Below, piece after piece: positions 51,941-59,463 of a stretch of DNA of 64,000 nt (the first letter of the stretch is position 1; each line of letters opens with the position of its first letter). The stretch comes from Candidatus Latescibacterota bacterium (GTDB lineage: Bacteria; Latescibacterota; UBA2968; SICM01), in contig SICM01000001.1 in NCBI GenBank assembly GCA_009694805.1, positions 23,657 through 87,656 on the forward strand, read 5' to 3'. The notes beneath the pieces are model-generated. The model saw only the letters and a list, made by a program, of their open reading frames with translations, did no database searches and was not told the DNA's origin. The translations under genes and the position numbers were made by a program.

Positions 51941-53761
51941 TCACCACAGCGCCTCCGCATCCGCATCCAGCCCGGCCCCGTACTCCCCGTCCCTCCACAT
52001 CTCCCCGTCTCTCCCCTGGCCCGAATACCGATCCGTTCCCCCGCCGTCCAGCAGGATGCCGATGCTGCCGTAGCCCCGGTCTCCGACGCCGCTCCCCTGA
52101 GTGTTCCGCTCACCCAGGTACTGATCGTCCCCGCCCCCGTCCGCCAGCAGCCCCACCCCGTTGGCGCTCCCCGCCCCCTGCGAAAGCCAGGTGGCCTCGT
52201 AACGGTCGTCCCCAGCCCGGTCGAGCAGCCAGCCCACCGCCAGGTCGTGCCCGCACCCCTGCGAGACGCCCCACGAGCGATAGACATCCTCGCCCGCGCC
52301 GTCCACCAGCGCCCCCATCGCCACGTGGGCGGCGCTCCCCTGGGCATAGCGTCGGGCCACATAGAGGTCCCGTCCGCGCCGGTCGATCAGCAGCCCTGCC
52401 CCCGTCCAGTAGGCCGACCCCTGGGCGAAGTAGTCCGCCTCGTACCGGTCATCCCCCCCCAGGTCCAGCAGCGCCCCCACCCCTCCTGCCGCAAACGGGC
52501 GGATACCCGTCCCATACCCCTGCCCCAGGCTCTGGAACCGGCCCGGCTCCCGGAAGTCCGGCAGCCGCCCCCCGGCGAAATAAGCATCATCCCCTGCCCG
52601 GTCGAGCAGCGCCCCGGCCCCGCCCGTGCCGCCGTAGCCCTGCGCCGCCGCGCCCGCCCGGTAGCGGTCACACCCCGCCCCGTCCATCAGCAGACCCACG
52701 CCGAACAGCCCTGCCCCCTGGCAGCCGATCCCCCCTTCGTACCGGTCATCCCCCCCCAGGTCCAGCGCCACCCCCACCCCCATCACGCCACTCCCCTGGC
52801 AGATCCCACCCCGGCTCTCGTAGCGGTCGTCTCCCCCCGCATCCACCAGGACCCCGACGCCCGAAGCGCCGGCCCCCTGCGCCACGTCCCCGTCCGCCAC
52901 GTACACGTCATCTCCCCCCAGATCCAGACAGACCGAGGCAGACAGACCCGCGCTGCCCGAGGCAGCCCCGGCCCATCCCTCATACCGGTCCTCCCCCCCC
53001 AGGTCCAGGATCACCGCCGCCGGACGCCGGTAGACCGTCCGCCCCGGCCCCCCCACGATCACCGCCCCCGCCGGCGTCTCGAACGCCGCCAGCACGTCTC
53101 CTTCCACGCCCTCCAGCCCTGTCCTGAGCGGTGTCGAAGGATTCGTCCTGTCCGTCCGGGTCGTATCCTGTCCATCCCTGTTAAACGCTTTTAAAGCAGC
53201 CCGCGCCGCCTCGACCGCCGCCATCAACTCCAGGGCAGCCCCCACCATCCTCCCCCGGTCGATCTTCGCAGCAGCAGCGACGATGCGCCTCGCCTCCCGC
53301 TCATCGAGGGAATCGGCGATCAGGCCCGTCGCACGGGCGGCCAGGCCCCGCTCCTCCGGCGTCAGCCGGCCCAGCGCGCCTTCGGCGTCGGTCCGGCTCC
53401 GGGCCACCCCATCCATCAGGGCCGCGACCGCCTCCCTCACCGGCCCCGGCAGGGCCTCGAACCGGGCCCGCCAGGGTCGGGCCTCCCCCAGGCGAACCCC
53501 GCACGAGGCATAGAGGCGTCCCACGGCCTCGACGGGATCAGCGATCCGGCCCGATACCCCGTCCCTTTTCGCAGGCACGTCGATCAGCCCGGCGACGGTC
53601 CGCAACGCGGATGCGCCCGAGCCGTCCTCCTCGACCCTGGCCGCAAGGGAGTCCGCGACCGGAGGGACGCAGAGCGGGTCGCGCAGCGCCCGGCGAAGCA
53701 GCGCAGGGGCCTCGGGCGGCGGCAGGTAACCCGCATCCACCGCCAGGTCCGCCCGCCTCAT
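51941..53761 (-). CDS. Repeat protein with 12 x ~24-aa L(L/V)DxGGxDxY(E/x) units (predicted beta-solenoid); probably a lipoprotein whose signal peptide is cut off by a homopolymer frameshift
   Basis: Units: ILDLGGEDRYEG, CLDLGGDDVYVA, LVDAGGDDRYES, ALDLGGDDRYEG, LMDGAGCDRYRA, LLDRAGDDAYFA, LLDLGGDDRYEA, LIDRRGRDLYVA, LVDGAGEDVYRS, LLDRAGDDRYEA, LADGGGDDQYLG, LLDGGGTDRYSG. See feature 53861-53869. Confidence 0.75.
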   Translation of the reverse strand: MRRADLAVDAGYLPPPEAPALLRRALRDPLCVPPVADSLAARVEEDGSGASALRTVAGLIDVPAKRDGVSGRIADPVEAVGRLYASCGVRLGEARPWRARFEALPGPVREAVAALMDGVARSRTDAEGALGRLTPEERGLAARATGLIADSLDEREARRIVAAAAKIDRGRMVGAALELMAAVEAARAALKAFNRDGQDTTRTDRTNPSTPLRTGLEGVEGDVLAAFETPAGAVIVGGPGRTVYRRPAAVILDLGGEDRYEGWAGAASGSAGLSASVCLDLGGDDVYVADGDVAQGAGASGVGVLVDAGGDDRYESRGGICQGSGVMGVGVALDLGGDDRYEGGIGCQGAGLFGVGLLMDGAGCDRYRAGAAAQGYGGTGGAGALLDRAGDDAYFAGGRLPDFREPGRFQSLGQGYGTGIRPFAAGGVGALLDLGGDDRYEADYFAQGSAYWTGAGLLIDRRGRDLYVARRYAQGSAAHVAMGALVDGAGEDVYRSWGVSQGCGHDLAVGWLLDRAGDDRYEATWLSQGAGSANGVGLLADGGGDDQYLGERNTQGSGVGDRGYGSIGILLDGGGTDRYSGQGRDGEMWRDGEYGAGLDADAEALW

Positions 53762-53860
53762 GTGAATCGCCTTCAGGGCCCGGTCAAGGGGAGACTCAGC
53801 CTGGCGTCCTGTCAGAGAGCCGGACTCCGTGCATCCTGTGACTGCGCAAAGGGTGAAGGC

Positions 53861-53869
53861 AAAAAAAAA
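53861..53869. other. A9 (T9 on the coding strand) homopolymer causing an apparent frameshift at the 5' end of the beta-solenoid gene
   Basis: The ATG at 53886-53884 overlaps the VanZ-like stop as ATGA and encodes MKKRPSFF.... With 9 T the frame ends after 24 codons. With 10 T it reads MKKRPSFFFAFTLCAVTGCTESGSLTGRQAESPLDRALKAIH-MRRADL..., in frame with ORF 51941..53761. The GCC codon at 53860 is 99 nt (33 codons) from the ATG at 53761. Confidence 0.8.
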
Positions 53870-53882
53870 GAAGGGCGTTTTT

Positions 53883-54569
53883 TCATTTCCTGCTCGCCAC
53901 CAGCATCACCGCGACCATGCCGAGCCCGCACGCCAGGACGTTGAGCCTCACGTCCGCCCACTCCCCCACCCGGTTGGGCAACCACCCCTGAATGCCTTCA
54001 TCCAGCGCACCCAGGCCCGACGCCAGGATCCACCCCCAAAGATAGGCGGATCGATACCCCATGTCAACCCTCAAAGCGCGGAACGTGAGATAGCTCAGGA
54101 ACCCGTACTCGGCCAGGTGCAGCCGCTCCGCCGGCGATGTTTGAATATGCGTCAGGATAGCCGTGTACACAGCGCCCAGAGGGACCAACATCGCGTAGAC
54201 CTGCCACCGGCGTTCCCGTCTTCTGAGACAGAGATGGAGGAGCAACCCCAGTCCGACCGCAGCCGCCACCGTGTCCCCGATCAGGTTGATCCTCCCATTC
54301 GTGTGGATGTAGAGCGTCTTCCAGATGCCCGGCATCAACGGCAGGGTGAGGTAGACGAACGTGGTGTAGAGGAGAACCCCGCCCCACCTCAGGCATCGCT
54401 CGCGTCCGATCCAGTCCGAAAACACCAGAAAGGCGATCAGCAGCAGGAGCGCCCACGACAGGGCGTCGGCGACAGAGAAGGTCCCGGCCCATCGAACCAG
54501 GTCGATGACCCCCTTCCAGAGCCCCCCGAAGAGCAGCCCGAAGTCCTGTTCCCACGCCGCCAAGTTCAT
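53883..54569 (-). CDS. VanZ-like membrane protein
   Basis: Start MNLAAWEQ at 54569, ATGA overlap with the upstream stop. Multi-TM, with VanZ-like AEYGFLSYL...DEGIQ...DV..N..G motifs. Confidence 0.7.
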   Translation of the reverse strand: MNLAAWEQDFGLLFGGLWKGVIDLVRWAGTFSVADALSWALLLLIAFLVFSDWIGRERCLRWGGVLLYTTFVYLTLPLMPGIWKTLYIHTNGRINLIGDTVAAAVGLGLLLHLCLRRRERRWQVYAMLVPLGAVYTAILTHIQTSPAERLHLAEYGFLSYLTFRALRVDMGYRSAYLWGWILASGLGALDEGIQGWLPNRVGEWADVRLNVLACGLGMVAVMLVASRK

Positions 54570-56521
54570 CGATGCCTTCGCCTCCTGAACCACAGGCGCG
54601 CCAGCGCCCCTGCCCCGACCGCCGCCGCGACGCCTCCGACCACGGCCACCCCTCTCCCATGCTCCAAAAAAAATAGGGAAACCTTCCCTGCCGCCCTGGG
54701 CGGCGACGAGCCCCTGCTGAAAGGCGCGATGAAGAACGTCCCCCACGCGCTCCACCCCTTCGGGTCACCTGCCCGCCGCACCCGGAAACGCCACGGGTTA
54801 TACAGGGCCAGCGTGTTCCACATCGTCTCCCCGAACGGGCCGTACTTCGGGACGCTCCCGGTCACGGCAATCTCCCCCTCCAGGTGATGGGTCCCCTCGC
54901 CCACGCTGTAGGCCGCCGAATAGGCGTCCGTGCTGTCCCCCGTCCACCGGGGCGCGATCGTCCCCCGCGCCGTCTCAAACCGGAGCGTCTCCCCGTCCGC
55001 CGGGGACAGGATGCGGATCGGCTCCACAACAAGTCCCGAGTCCTGAGTCCTGAGTCCTGAGTCACGAGGCGTGAGGCGTGAGGCGTGAGGCGTGAGCAGC
55101 CCCCCACCCTCCCCCGCGACTGAGGGCTGCGCCAAGTGTTGCCCCCTCCCTCCCCCACCCGTGGGGGGAGGGAGGGGGTCAGGGGGTGGAAGGGGGGCTG
55201 TTGCCTGTTGCCTGTTGTCTGTTGCCTTCTTTATCCACCGCTCCAGTTCCGCCCGCATCTTTTGGGCCACGTCGGGATATTCCGAGACCACGTTCTGCCG
55301 CTCGCCGGGGTCTTCCTTCAGGGAGTAGAGTTCGGATACGTCCGTGGAGGGCCCCACCGTCCGGATGAACTTCCACGCCGGCGTCCGCATCGACCGCACG
55401 CGCGTCTTCAGCATCTCCGGAGGGGCCTGGTAGCCCCCCGGCGTGGTCTCGCAGAACGCGGGCCGCTCCCGCCACCCCGGCTCGCCCCGGATGAGCGGCA
55501 GCAGCGACCGCCCCTGCAGGGCCTCCGGGACCTCCGTCCCCAGCAGGTCCAGGACCGTCGGGGCGACGTCGATGTTCTGGACCTGCTCCCCCACCCGGCG
55601 ACCCGCCGGAAGCCCGCCCGGATACCGGAGGATCAGCGGAATGCGGATCACCTCGTCGTAAGAGGTCCCCTTCAACGACGTGGAGGCGTGCCCCACGAAC
55701 CCGTGGTCCAGCAGCTCCTCCCCGTGGTCCGCCGTGATGACCAGCAGCGTCTTCTCCTTCAGGCCGAGCCGGACCAGCGTCTCCTCCAGACGCTTGAAAA
55801 ACCGCTCGTCCATCTGCCGCACCTCGCCGTCGTAGAGCCCCGCGACCCAGCCCCGGTCCCCGGCCTCGAACGTCACGTGCCCGAACGGGATCATCACGTC
55901 CTGCGTCACGGCATTGAGCTTCGTCGCAGAAACCTTCGACCGGTCGAACCCCGCCGGCGTGAACAGGGTGTCATAGGGCGACGATGGGTGGTAGGGGAGG
56001 TGAATATCTCTGTAGTGGTAGTAGATGAAAAACCGCCGGTCCCGGCAGTCCTCCAGGCATCTGAACAGGATCTCGTCCCCGTTCGAGATCACGGAGTCGC
56101 GCGGCGCATAGGCATCGAACCCCAGCCCTGCGAAGTTCGGGATGACCGTCAGATAACAGATGTCCGGCGAGACATAGCCAAGGGGCCTCAGCAGCCGGGG
56201 GAGCGTCGGCGCGTCCGACCGGAGAGACTTGTCCCGCGCGTCCACCCCGTGCGTCGGGGCGTACAGCCCCGTCAGGACCGACATCAGCCCCGGCGTGGTC
56301 CAGGACGACGACGAGATGGCCTGCGTGAACAGCACCCCCTCCGAAGCGATGCGGTCCAGGTTCGGGGTGGTCTCCCGTCCGTACCCCATGCAGCCCATGT
56401 GGTCAGGCCGGAAGGTGTCCACCGTGATCAGCAGGACATTGGGCAGGTCTCGGCCCCACGAGGAGGTCGGCAGGAGAAAAAAAAGGAGGAGGCGCAGGAG
56501 CGCCGGACAGAAACCCCTCAT
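54566..56521 (-). CDS. Sulfatase-like hydrolase/transferase (alkaline-phosphatase superfamily) with repeat-element-encoded linker, extra C-terminal domain and C-terminal TM anchor
   Basis: Signal-like MRGFCPALLRLLLFFLLPTSSWG, taking the ATG at 56521 (the listed start is 56554). Metal-site N-terminus LLITVDTFRPDH. The nucleophile region reads SSWTTPGLMSVLTG rather than a C/S-x-P-x-R formylglycine motif. The tail is GVAVVGGVAAAVGAGALARLWFRRRRHR. Confidence 0.75.
   Translation of the reverse strand: MRGFCPALLRLLLFFLLPTSSWGRDLPNVLLITVDTFRPDHMGCMGYGRETTPNLDRIASEGVLFTQAISSSSWTTPGLMSVLTGLYAPTHGVDARDKSLRSDAPTLPRLLRPLGYVSPDICYLTVIPNFAGLGFDAYAPRDSVISNGDEILFRCLEDCRDRRFFIYYHYRDIHLPYHPSSPYDTLFTPAGFDRSKVSATKLNAVTQDVMIPFGHVTFEAGDRGWVAGLYDGEVRQMDERFFKRLEETLVRLGLKEKTLLVITADHGEELLDHGFVGHASTSLKGTSYDEVIRIPLILRYPGGLPAGRRVGEQVQNIDVAPTVLDLLGTEVPEALQGRSLLPLIRGEPGWRERPAFCETTPGGYQAPPEMLKTRVRSMRTPAWKFIRTVGPSTDVSELYSLKEDPGERQNVVSEYPDVAQKMRAELERWIKKATDNRQQATAPLPPPDPLPPPTGGGGRGQHLAQPSVAGEGGGLLTPHASRLTPRDSGLRTQDSGLVVEPIRILSPADGETLRFETARGTIAPRWTGDSTDAYSAAYSVGEGTHHLEGEIAVTGSVPKYGPFGETMWNTLALYNPWRFRVRRAGDPKGWSAWGTFFIAPFSRGSSPPRAAGKVSLFFLEHGRGVAVVGGVAAAVGAGALARLWFRRRRHR
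55033..55225. repeat. Heptamer arrays flanking a GC hairpin, lying inside the sulfatase-like ORF
   Basis: Nine consecutive heptamers at 55033-55095: gtcccga, gtcctga x3, gtcacga, ggcgtga x4. Hairpin ccccctccctcccc...ggggagggaggggg at ~55142-55178. ctgttgc/ctgttgt x4 at 55198-55225. Confidence 0.9.
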
Positions 56522-56550
56522 CTCAGCCATTCTCCGTGTCAGGTCCAGGA

Positions 56551-57297
56551 TCATTGCGCATCCATACGCGCGCGCGTCCCGAAGTAATCGCGATGGATAT
56601 CGTCAATCATCCCCTTGGCCCCCGGCGCGAGGCTGAGCGTCGGGTACTGCGCCATCGTCAGGTCGCGCAGCCGGTCGTCATCGCTGGTGAAGGCCAGGTG
56701 GACCTGAACCCCTTTGCGGTGGGCGTGCGCGATCACCGCGTTCAGGAACGGTTCCCGGACATTGGCGCACGTCGTATCCACGAGTTCCGGATACTTCCGG
56801 GAAGGATAGGCCAGATAGAAGCAATTCATCGTGAACCAGACCTGGCCCATGCCGTGCGCCGCCATCCAGTCGATCAGACGCCGCCACTTCTCCAGGCCCC
56901 AGAATGCGAGCTTCGGCGCCTCGTCGGTGAACCCCCTGCGTGTGAGAAAGACATAGTAGCCATAGTGGGGAAAGGTCGTCGAGGTCCGGTCCGCTCCCTC
57001 CTCCGGCAGGACCGTCACGTAGTCCCTGGCGACGCAGATCTGGTCCTGGACGGAGATCCGCACCTCTATCGGATGGAACCCCGGCCCGGCCACGCTCCCG
57101 CACAGGCCCATGAACTCGCCGTTCGCGTAGATCGTCTTCTCCTCCAGACGAAACCCCGGAAACAGCACCGTCGCCTTCTCCAGGAGCGCCCGTTTCGTCG
57201 CCGGCCAGAGGTGCGTCAGTTCGCGCAGGCTGACCTCGAACGCAAAAGACGATCCGCTGCGCACGAACCGATCTGGGAGATGGAGGTTCAATACCAT
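56551..57297 (-). CDS. Hypothetical protein (248 aa), possibly a glycoside-hydrolase-like TIM-barrel fragment
   Basis: ORF with normal composition. Its stop overlaps the listed sulfatase ORF start (56554) as ATGA. No motif I can name. Confidence 0.55.
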   Translation of the reverse strand: MVLNLHLPDRFVRSGSSFAFEVSLRELTHLWPATKRALLEKATVLFPGFRLEEKTIYANGEFMGLCGSVAGPGFHPIEVRISVQDQICVARDYVTVLPEEGADRTSTTFPHYGYYVFLTRRGFTDEAPKLAFWGLEKWRRLIDWMAAHGMGQVWFTMNCFYLAYPSRKYPELVDTTCANVREPFLNAVIAHAHRKGVQVHLAFTSDDDRLRDLTMAQYPTLSLAPGAKGMIDDIHRDYFGTRARMDAQ

Positions 57298-57574
57298 AAA
57301 TAAACCCTCGCTGTGAGATGAGACCCACGCCGCCCCCTTCGCAGCCGTTTGAAGCCCGGATGGGGTTTTCGTATGGACTCTTACATAACATACGATGAGA
57401 CATGGCCCCCGTCAAGCGCCATGACCCGCATGGACGCCGACCGACCCTCGTGGGGTCCCCAACAAAAAACTTGGTTCCCGCCCTCTATTTTCGTATCATC
57501 CCTTCATCTTTTTCTCGATTTTCTGGACGTCCGGGGGTCTCAGGGGTTGCTTGAATTTTCCTCAGGAGGTTCTC

Positions 57575-58306
57575 ATGGGCAAGCTCGACGGCAAGGTCGC
57601 CCTGGTCACGGGCGGCAACCGGGGGATCGGCAAGGGCATCGCGCGCGGCCTGGCCGCCGAAGGGGCCAGCGTCGTGATCACGGCGCGCGACAAACAGGTG
57701 CTGGAGCAGACCGCGAAGGAACTGTCCGAGGGCGGAGCCACGATCGTGGCGCACCCCACCGACGTCACCGATGAGGCGCAGGTGGAGGCCCTGTTCGCCG
57801 CCGCGATGAAGCGCTTCAACCGGCTCGACATCCTGGTCAACAACGCCGGGGCCTTCGACGGCGGCCCCATCGAAAACCTCTCGCTGGAGGCCTGGGAGAA
57901 GGTGATGGCCGTCAACCTGCGCGGCCCCTTCCTCTGCACCCGGTCCGCCTTCCGGATCATGAAAAAACAGGGCGGTGGGCGCATCATCAACATCGGCAGC
58001 ATCTCCGCGCAGCGCGTCCGGCTCAACTCCGCCCCCTACAGCACGAGCAAGCACGGCCTCTGGGGCCTCACCCAGGTCACGGCCCTCGAAGGCCGCGACC
58101 ACGGCATCGTCTGCGGCTGCCTCCACCCCGGCAACACCCTCGTCGAGCGCCGGGAGGAGAGCGCCAAGCGGGAGGACGCCGAGCCGATGATGACCGTGGA
58201 CGAACTCGCCCAGACCGCCGTGCTGATGGCCTCGCTCCCCCCGCACGTGAACCTGCTGGAGGCCATTGTCCTGCCCGTCGGCCAGCTCTACATCGGTCGG
58301 GGATAA
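57575..58306 (+). CDS. Short-chain dehydrogenase/reductase (SDR) family oxidoreductase
   Basis: ATG at 57575 after AGGAGG. TGGNRGIG cofactor motif, NNAG, and catalytic YSTSK. Confidence 0.9.
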   Translation: MGKLDGKVALVTGGNRGIGKGIARGLAAEGASVVITARDKQVLEQTAKELSEGGATIVAHPTDVTDEAQVEALFAAAMKRFNRLDILVNNAGAFDGGPIENLSLEAWEKVMAVNLRGPFLCTRSAFRIMKKQGGGRIINIGSISAQRVRLNSAPYSTSKHGLWGLTQVTALEGRDHGIVCGCLHPGNTLVERREESAKREDAEPMMTVDELAQTAVLMASLPPHVNLLEAIVLPVGQLYIGRG

Positions 58307-58335
58307 CCCACCATTCACCACTCGAAAGGTTCCCT

Positions 58336-59391
58336 ATGCCCGAAGTCCGGATCGATCTCTACAGTGACACGGCCAGCAGGCCTTCGGCCGAGATGCGTCA
58401 GTTCATGTGCGCGGCGGAGGTGGGCGACGAACAGAAGGGGGAGGACCCCACCACCAACGAACTCCAGCGGATGACCTGCGAACTGCTCGGCAAGGAGGCC
58501 GCTGTCTTCCTCCCCTCCGGCTCGATGTGCAACCAGGTCGCCTTCGCCGCCCACTGCCGGCCCGGCGACCTCATCCTCCTGGAGCGCAACGCGCACCCCC
58601 TCATCGCCGAGGCCGGCGGCTCCGCCGTGATCTCCGGGGCCATCCCCTACCCCATCGACGGGAAGAACGGCATGTTCACCGCCGAGCAGGTGCGGGAGGC
58701 CATCTGGCAGCCTTCGCGCCACCGCCCCCCCTTCCGGCTCGTCTCCGTGGAACAGACGACGAATGTGGGCGGAGGCCGCGTCTGGCCGCTGAAGCAGGTC
58801 CAGGAGGTCTGCCAGGCCGCCCACGACTGCGGGGCGCTCGCGCACATGGACGGGGCGCGCCTCCTCAACGCAGCGGTCGCCTCCGGCGTCCCCGCGAAGG
58901 CGTTCTCGGCCTCCTTCGACTCCGTCTGGCTCGACCTGAGCAAGGGCCTGGGCGCGCCCGTGGGCGGCGTCCTGGCCGGCCCCCGCGACTTCATCGACCG
59001 GGCGTGGCAGTGGAAGCACCGCCTCGGAGGGGCCATGCGGCAGTCGGGCATCATCGCCGCCGGGGGCATCTTCGCCCTGTGCCACAACGTCACCCGCCTG
59101 GCCGACGACCACGAGAACGCCAGGATCTTCGCCCGCCTCGTCGCCTGCTCGAAGGCCACCGTCATAGACCCCGACGCCGTGGAGACCAACATCGTCCGGT
59201 TCGGGATCGAAAAGACCGGCCTCACCGCGCTAGCGTTCATCGACCGGCTGTGGGCCGAGACCGGCGTGCGCCTGAGCCCTCACGGCCGGACCACCTGCCG
59301 CGCCGTGACCCACATCGACGTCTCCCGCGCCGACGCGGAAGAGGCCGGGCAGGCCGTCTGCGCCCTGGCGGACAGATGCTTAAAACCCTGA
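58336..59391 (+). CDS. Low-specificity threonine aldolase / beta-eliminating lyase family PLP enzyme
   Basis: 351 aa with DLYSDTASRPS...EVGDEQKGEDPT N-terminal signature and ...SFDSVWLDLSKGLGAPVG (PLP lysine context). Confidence 0.85.
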   Translation: MPEVRIDLYSDTASRPSAEMRQFMCAAEVGDEQKGEDPTTNELQRMTCELLGKEAAVFLPSGSMCNQVAFAAHCRPGDLILLERNAHPLIAEAGGSAVISGAIPYPIDGKNGMFTAEQVREAIWQPSRHRPPFRLVSVEQTTNVGGGRVWPLKQVQEVCQAAHDCGALAHMDGARLLNAAVASGVPAKAFSASFDSVWLDLSKGLGAPVGGVLAGPRDFIDRAWQWKHRLGGAMRQSGIIAAGGIFALCHNVTRLADDHENARIFARLVACSKATVIDPDAVETNIVRFGIEKTGLTALAFIDRLWAETGVRLSPHGRTTCRAVTHIDVSRADAEEAGQAVCALADRCLKP

Positions 59392-59392
59392 T

Positions 59393-59459
59393 CCGCAGAA
59401 TAAGCGCAGATGTTCGCAGATAGGGGATTTCATCTGCGTTTATCTGCGCACATCTGCGG
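59393..59459. repeat. Imperfect palindrome of CGCAGAT blocks (ccgcaga..gcgcagat..cgcagat / atctgcg..atctgcgc..tctgcgg)
   Basis: Three block pairs with variable 3-4-nt spacers. It sits between the threonine aldolase stop (59391) and the next start (59464). Confidence 0.8.
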
Positions 59460-59463
59460 ATAA

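Noticed and set aside
53861-53885. The A9 run with neighbouring sequence as a Rho-independent terminator after the VanZ-like gene.
   Set aside because: No GC-rich stem precedes the T-run on the coding strand. The run lies immediately after an ATG that overlaps the upstream stop and encodes a signal-peptide-like sequence, so a coding homopolymer explains it better.
54566-55027. Annotating the C-terminal ~150 aa of the sulfatase-like ORF as a separate gene starting at the GTG at 55027.
   Set aside because: No stop codon separates it from the catalytic domain in this sequence, so it is reported as one ORF. The two-gene alternative is recorded as a hypothesis in the findings.
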